The translations under genes and the position numbers were made by a program. Source: Nitrosopumilus sp. (GTDB taxonomy: Archaea > Thermoproteota > Nitrososphaeria > Nitrososphaerales > Nitrosopumilaceae). Taken from it: a DNA stretch of 64,000 bases. The DNA lies in assembly GCA_965218785.1 (NCBI GenBank), contig OZ244650.1:1376001-1440000 (forward strand), in the 5' to 3' direction. Positions 61,398-64,000 of the stretch are shown one piece after another. The stretch's first letter is position 1. Each line of letters starts with the position of its first letter. The notes under the pieces were generated by a model. The model was not told the DNA's origin, did no database searches, and worked only from the letters and a program-made list of their open reading frames with translations.

Positions 61398-61440
61398 CAG
61401 TTACTACCACAAATGAATACGATGTGACTGGTTTGGAAGA

Positions 61441-61638
61441 TCATCGCATGAATTCGGCCGCCTCTATAGAAAAGAAGAAGAATCCGATTCCACCGCCGAT
61501 AATGGCAACCCAAGCCAGAATCTGTTTGGTTTTAGACATTGAAGGGGATTTTTTAGTCTCATTATTGAATCTACTCGGCTTGATGGCGGGGGGCTCATAA
61601 CCATATTCATTCGAATCTGCTTTATTTAGAAATCCCAA
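61441..61638 (-). CDS. Small membrane protein
   Basis: C-terminal TM helix. Confidence 0.55.
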   Translation of the reverse strand: MGFLNKADSNEYGYEPPAIKPSRFNNETKKSPSMSKTKQILAWVAIIGGGIGFFFFSIEAAEFMR

Positions 61639-61656
61639 TGAAGAGCATAAAGTCTG

Positions 61657-62292
61657 TCACCCCATAGAACGCAATGTTGATTTTAGATCATCTATATTCA
61701 CAGTCATGTCTTGTAACTCAGTTTTGGCATTCCCGTCAGAATCAACAAAAAATATGCCTGATTGAACTCCAGTTATGTAATAAGAGTTTCCCCACCTGGT
61801 CCCAGGAGGATCCTTTGACAGAAATACAAGGACATGGTCACCCAGTTCTATTTGTGGGACATCAAAGTTCACATGCTCTATGTTCCTGTATGTTCCTCCC
61901 GACGTCTTGAACTCGACTATATCCGTGGGTGTACCCTTGATGAAATCTTTTGTCGAAATCGTCCATGTAGTATACACGTATGGAATATGCAGTACCGGCA
62001 CATCCAACGGCCAGTTTGAGAATGTCAAAAATGCCCATGTAAACGCCCATGTAGTAAACGTGTGTGGACTGTCTATATTGCCATTCTTGACCCATGTAAC
62101 TTCTGTTGTCTGCCCGGTTATTGTTCCTTCAAGTGCAAGTGTGCTTTTGGAATATAATTCTGGCTTGTCCATATTGGGAGAAAGACCCATGCTCTGATTG
62201 GTTATGGGTATGTATCCATTATAGTACAAACTTGGAACTGCAAGTATGCCAAATAGCACCAATACTGGAATAATCAGTATTATTTTTTTCAT
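61657..62292 (-). CDS. Exported hypothetical protein
   Basis: Signal/anchor MKKIILIIPVLVLFGILAV; GG...GD.VLVFL...G..SG.F pattern. Confidence 0.7.
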   Translation of the reverse strand: MKKIILIIPVLVLFGILAVPSLYYNGYIPITNQSMGLSPNMDKPELYSKSTLALEGTITGQTTEVTWVKNGNIDSPHTFTTWAFTWAFLTFSNWPLDVPVLHIPYVYTTWTISTKDFIKGTPTDIVEFKTSGGTYRNIEHVNFDVPQIELGDHVLVFLSKDPPGTRWGNSYYITGVQSGIFFVDSDGNAKTELQDMTVNIDDLKSTLRSMG

Positions 62293-62651
62293 GGGTACTG
62301 GGGATCCAATGCATCTTCATCGCTAGTAGTTATCGTTCCTCTTGATCCGTCCAAATTCAATCCTGCATTAATTACGGGATTACTGTCATGGAAATTATGG
62401 AAAAGAGTTGGCAGGTGATGATGTCCAATCTCATGGATTGCAACTGTTTGAAAATCCACAACTCTTGAATCTGCATCCACATCATCAAAATAATAATGCG
62501 TGTTGTACTGTACATGTGCGGAAATTATTATGCCGAATATTTTAGTTGGAATCATTTCAGCATAACGATTGTTTGCATCCATGTTGATTCCTTTTTGAGG
62601 GATTGCATTTAAATTTGCTTGTGTAATAGACTGAAGAATCTTCCCAGTCAT
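62289..62651 (-). pseudogene. C-terminal fragment of a matrixin-like zinc metalloprotease
   Basis: DFQTVAIHEIGH and T.SD..AL...YP motifs; no signal peptide; upstream frame interrupted. Confidence 0.55.
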
Positions 62652-62934
62652 TACAGCCGCATCAATAATGACATTACATCAGATCCAATGACGCCAGCTG
62701 TCTACCTGTCTTCAGGCATCCTCAAGAATGTCTTTTAATATTTTACAGAATGCGTGTCCGCACAGACTTGCATCTGCTGACTTGCACAAACATCAGGAGA
62801 TGGCTGTACTCATCTCTTGAATTCCTCTTTTTTATCTTCATATGTCCAATTCTCGGAACTTTAAAAGCGAAAATATCATATCTGGACTGAATTCTTACAG
62901 AAATTATAATTAGACTCGTAATGAATCAGCAGTA

Positions 62935-63078
62935 TTGGCAAGTATCAAAGATGTAGGAAAGCTCTTTTTATTCATAGTCGGCGGGATAGTGGCGATAATC
63001 GTAGGCTCCTTTATGATTAGGGGAACGATGCATCTTTGGGACAAGTCAGAGAAGACAGAGGAAAAAGACAAGGACTAA
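62935..63078 (+). CDS. Small single-TM protein (47 aa)
   Basis: Hand-translated from TTG: MASIKDVGKLFLFIVGGIVAIIVGSFMIRGTMHLWDKSEKTEEKDKD; TATA-like TTATAA upstream. Confidence 0.6.
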   Translation: MASIKDVGKLFLFIVGGIVAIIVGSFMIRGTMHLWDKSEKTEEKDKD

Positions 63079-63104
63079 AAAAAGGGCGTTGAGAAGGACT
63101 GTAA

Positions 63105-63404
63105 TTGCTTCAGGACGCCACAATCAGAAGATCGCTTGACGGATACATCAAAAGAAGAATTCAGGGGATACCCACTGAGATCAGGCAGACGTTTCCAAAC
63201 ATCAAGCAGATCTGGAAGTGTGATGATGAACTAGAGTTTCTTTACGGATACTATGTAGGCAAGATTGAGGAGGGGGCTTTGCACTACCTGCTCAAGGCAA
63301 CCCGTGCATCGGCAGGAGGATACGTCGATACGTTTGAGATCAGGGGAATAATTGAAACGCACAAGGTGGAGCTGCGTGAAACTATAAAATATTCAGTCAA
63401 TTAG
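63105..63404 (+). CDS. Hypothetical protein
   Basis: 99-aa ORF co-oriented with its small neighbours. Confidence 0.7.
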   Translation: MLQDATIRRSLDGYIKRRIQGIPTEIRQTFPNIKQIWKCDDELEFLYGYYVGKIEEGALHYLLKATRASAGGYVDTFEIRGIIETHKVELRETIKYSVN

Positions 63405-63438
63405 TGAAGTAAAAATACTACGTCATCTGTGTAAAGGC

Positions 63439-63612
63439 ATGGTAGGACCGCAAGATGGGGGTTTTGGATTTGATCAGTCTAAAAAATATACGAACGTCGA
63501 TAACATTGAGGAGGTCTGTGTACAGTGCCAGGCAGGCCAGCACAAAAAATGTTTGAAAAAGGCAATGCAGCAAAAAGACTGTGAATGTGAGCACTGTATG
63601 ATTTACGGCTAG
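63439..63612 (+). CDS. Small Cys-rich metal-binding protein (57 aa)
   Basis: MVGPQDGGFGFDQSKKYTNVDNIEEVCVQCQAGQHKKCLKKAMQQKDCECEHCMIYG. Confidence 0.65.
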   Translation: MVGPQDGGFGFDQSKKYTNVDNIEEVCVQCQAGQHKKCLKKAMQQKDCECEHCMIYG

Positions 63613-63878
63613 ATAAAAGATGATCACCGAATCATGAGATGGTGTGCTCTGATGGTTTCAAACCGGGTTGTTGTTCCAGTGCATGTTTTGCCAAAAAGAT
63701 ACGGCGCACGCCTTAGGACGACATAGATGCTGACAGGATATACAGACCGATAAAGTAATGTCGCAGAATTATAAAAAATGAAATGCGGCAGCAAAAAGAT
63801 CGGATATTATCACATATGCCATCCACAGATGAAGGTGGAGGATGTCGGATCAGGGAATAAATGTAAAGGATTTGAAGG

Positions 63879-64000
63879 CTAGAGTCCAGATAACTTGTTT
63901 TCAAGATCCCGAATCTCCTTTTGGGACATCTCAGAAACATTTTGAGAAAATTCCTTGTGTGCTGAAATAATTCCAGTCAGTGCATCCTTGTAATCCGGAT
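63879..64000 (-). CDS. C-terminal end of a gene entering from beyond the window
   Basis: Open frame ...PDYKDALTGIISAHKEFSQNVSEMSQKEIRDLENKLSGL*. Confidence 0.45.
   Translation of the reverse strand, partial: PDYKDALTGIISAHKEFSQNVSEMSQKEIRDLENKLSGL

Noticed and set aside
61960-62070. DGR template/variable repeat pair
   Set aside because: Too short, the differences are not adenine-specific, and no reverse transcriptase is present.

Overview
Archaeal chromosome segment. The gene set (CdvA, TFB, TBP, family-B DNA polymerase, FEN-1, class I LysRS, ThyX, CofG/CofH, Elp3, proteasome beta) points to an ammonia-oxidising Nitrosopumilaceae (Thaumarchaeota) genome; this is inferred from protein families. 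Most of 6.3-61.4 kb is housekeeping and includes tRNA-Ser(CGA) and tRNA-Pro(TGG). Three accessory zones stand out. (1) An AT-rich defence-type island at 1-6 kb holds a PLD/helicase-type N-terminus, two HNH nucleases (one frameshifted), a CAP-domain membrane protein, a truncated ATPase and a Fic protein. (2) A 2,295-bp element at 38680-40974 is bounded by 45-bp internally palindromic terminal inverted repeats and a TTTGTA direct repeat. It has no recognisable transposase and carries a three-gene HEPN / degenerate MNT-like / unknown operon. A third copy of the same end at 3898-3942 cuts the ATPase gene, which suggests a family of non-autonomous elements that move defence cargo. (3) A decaying metalloprotease locus lies near 62 kb. 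Also notable is a histone-H1/Hc2-like protein built from exact 27-bp tandem repeats next to elp3. All calls come from reading sequence and motifs by eye; no searches were run.
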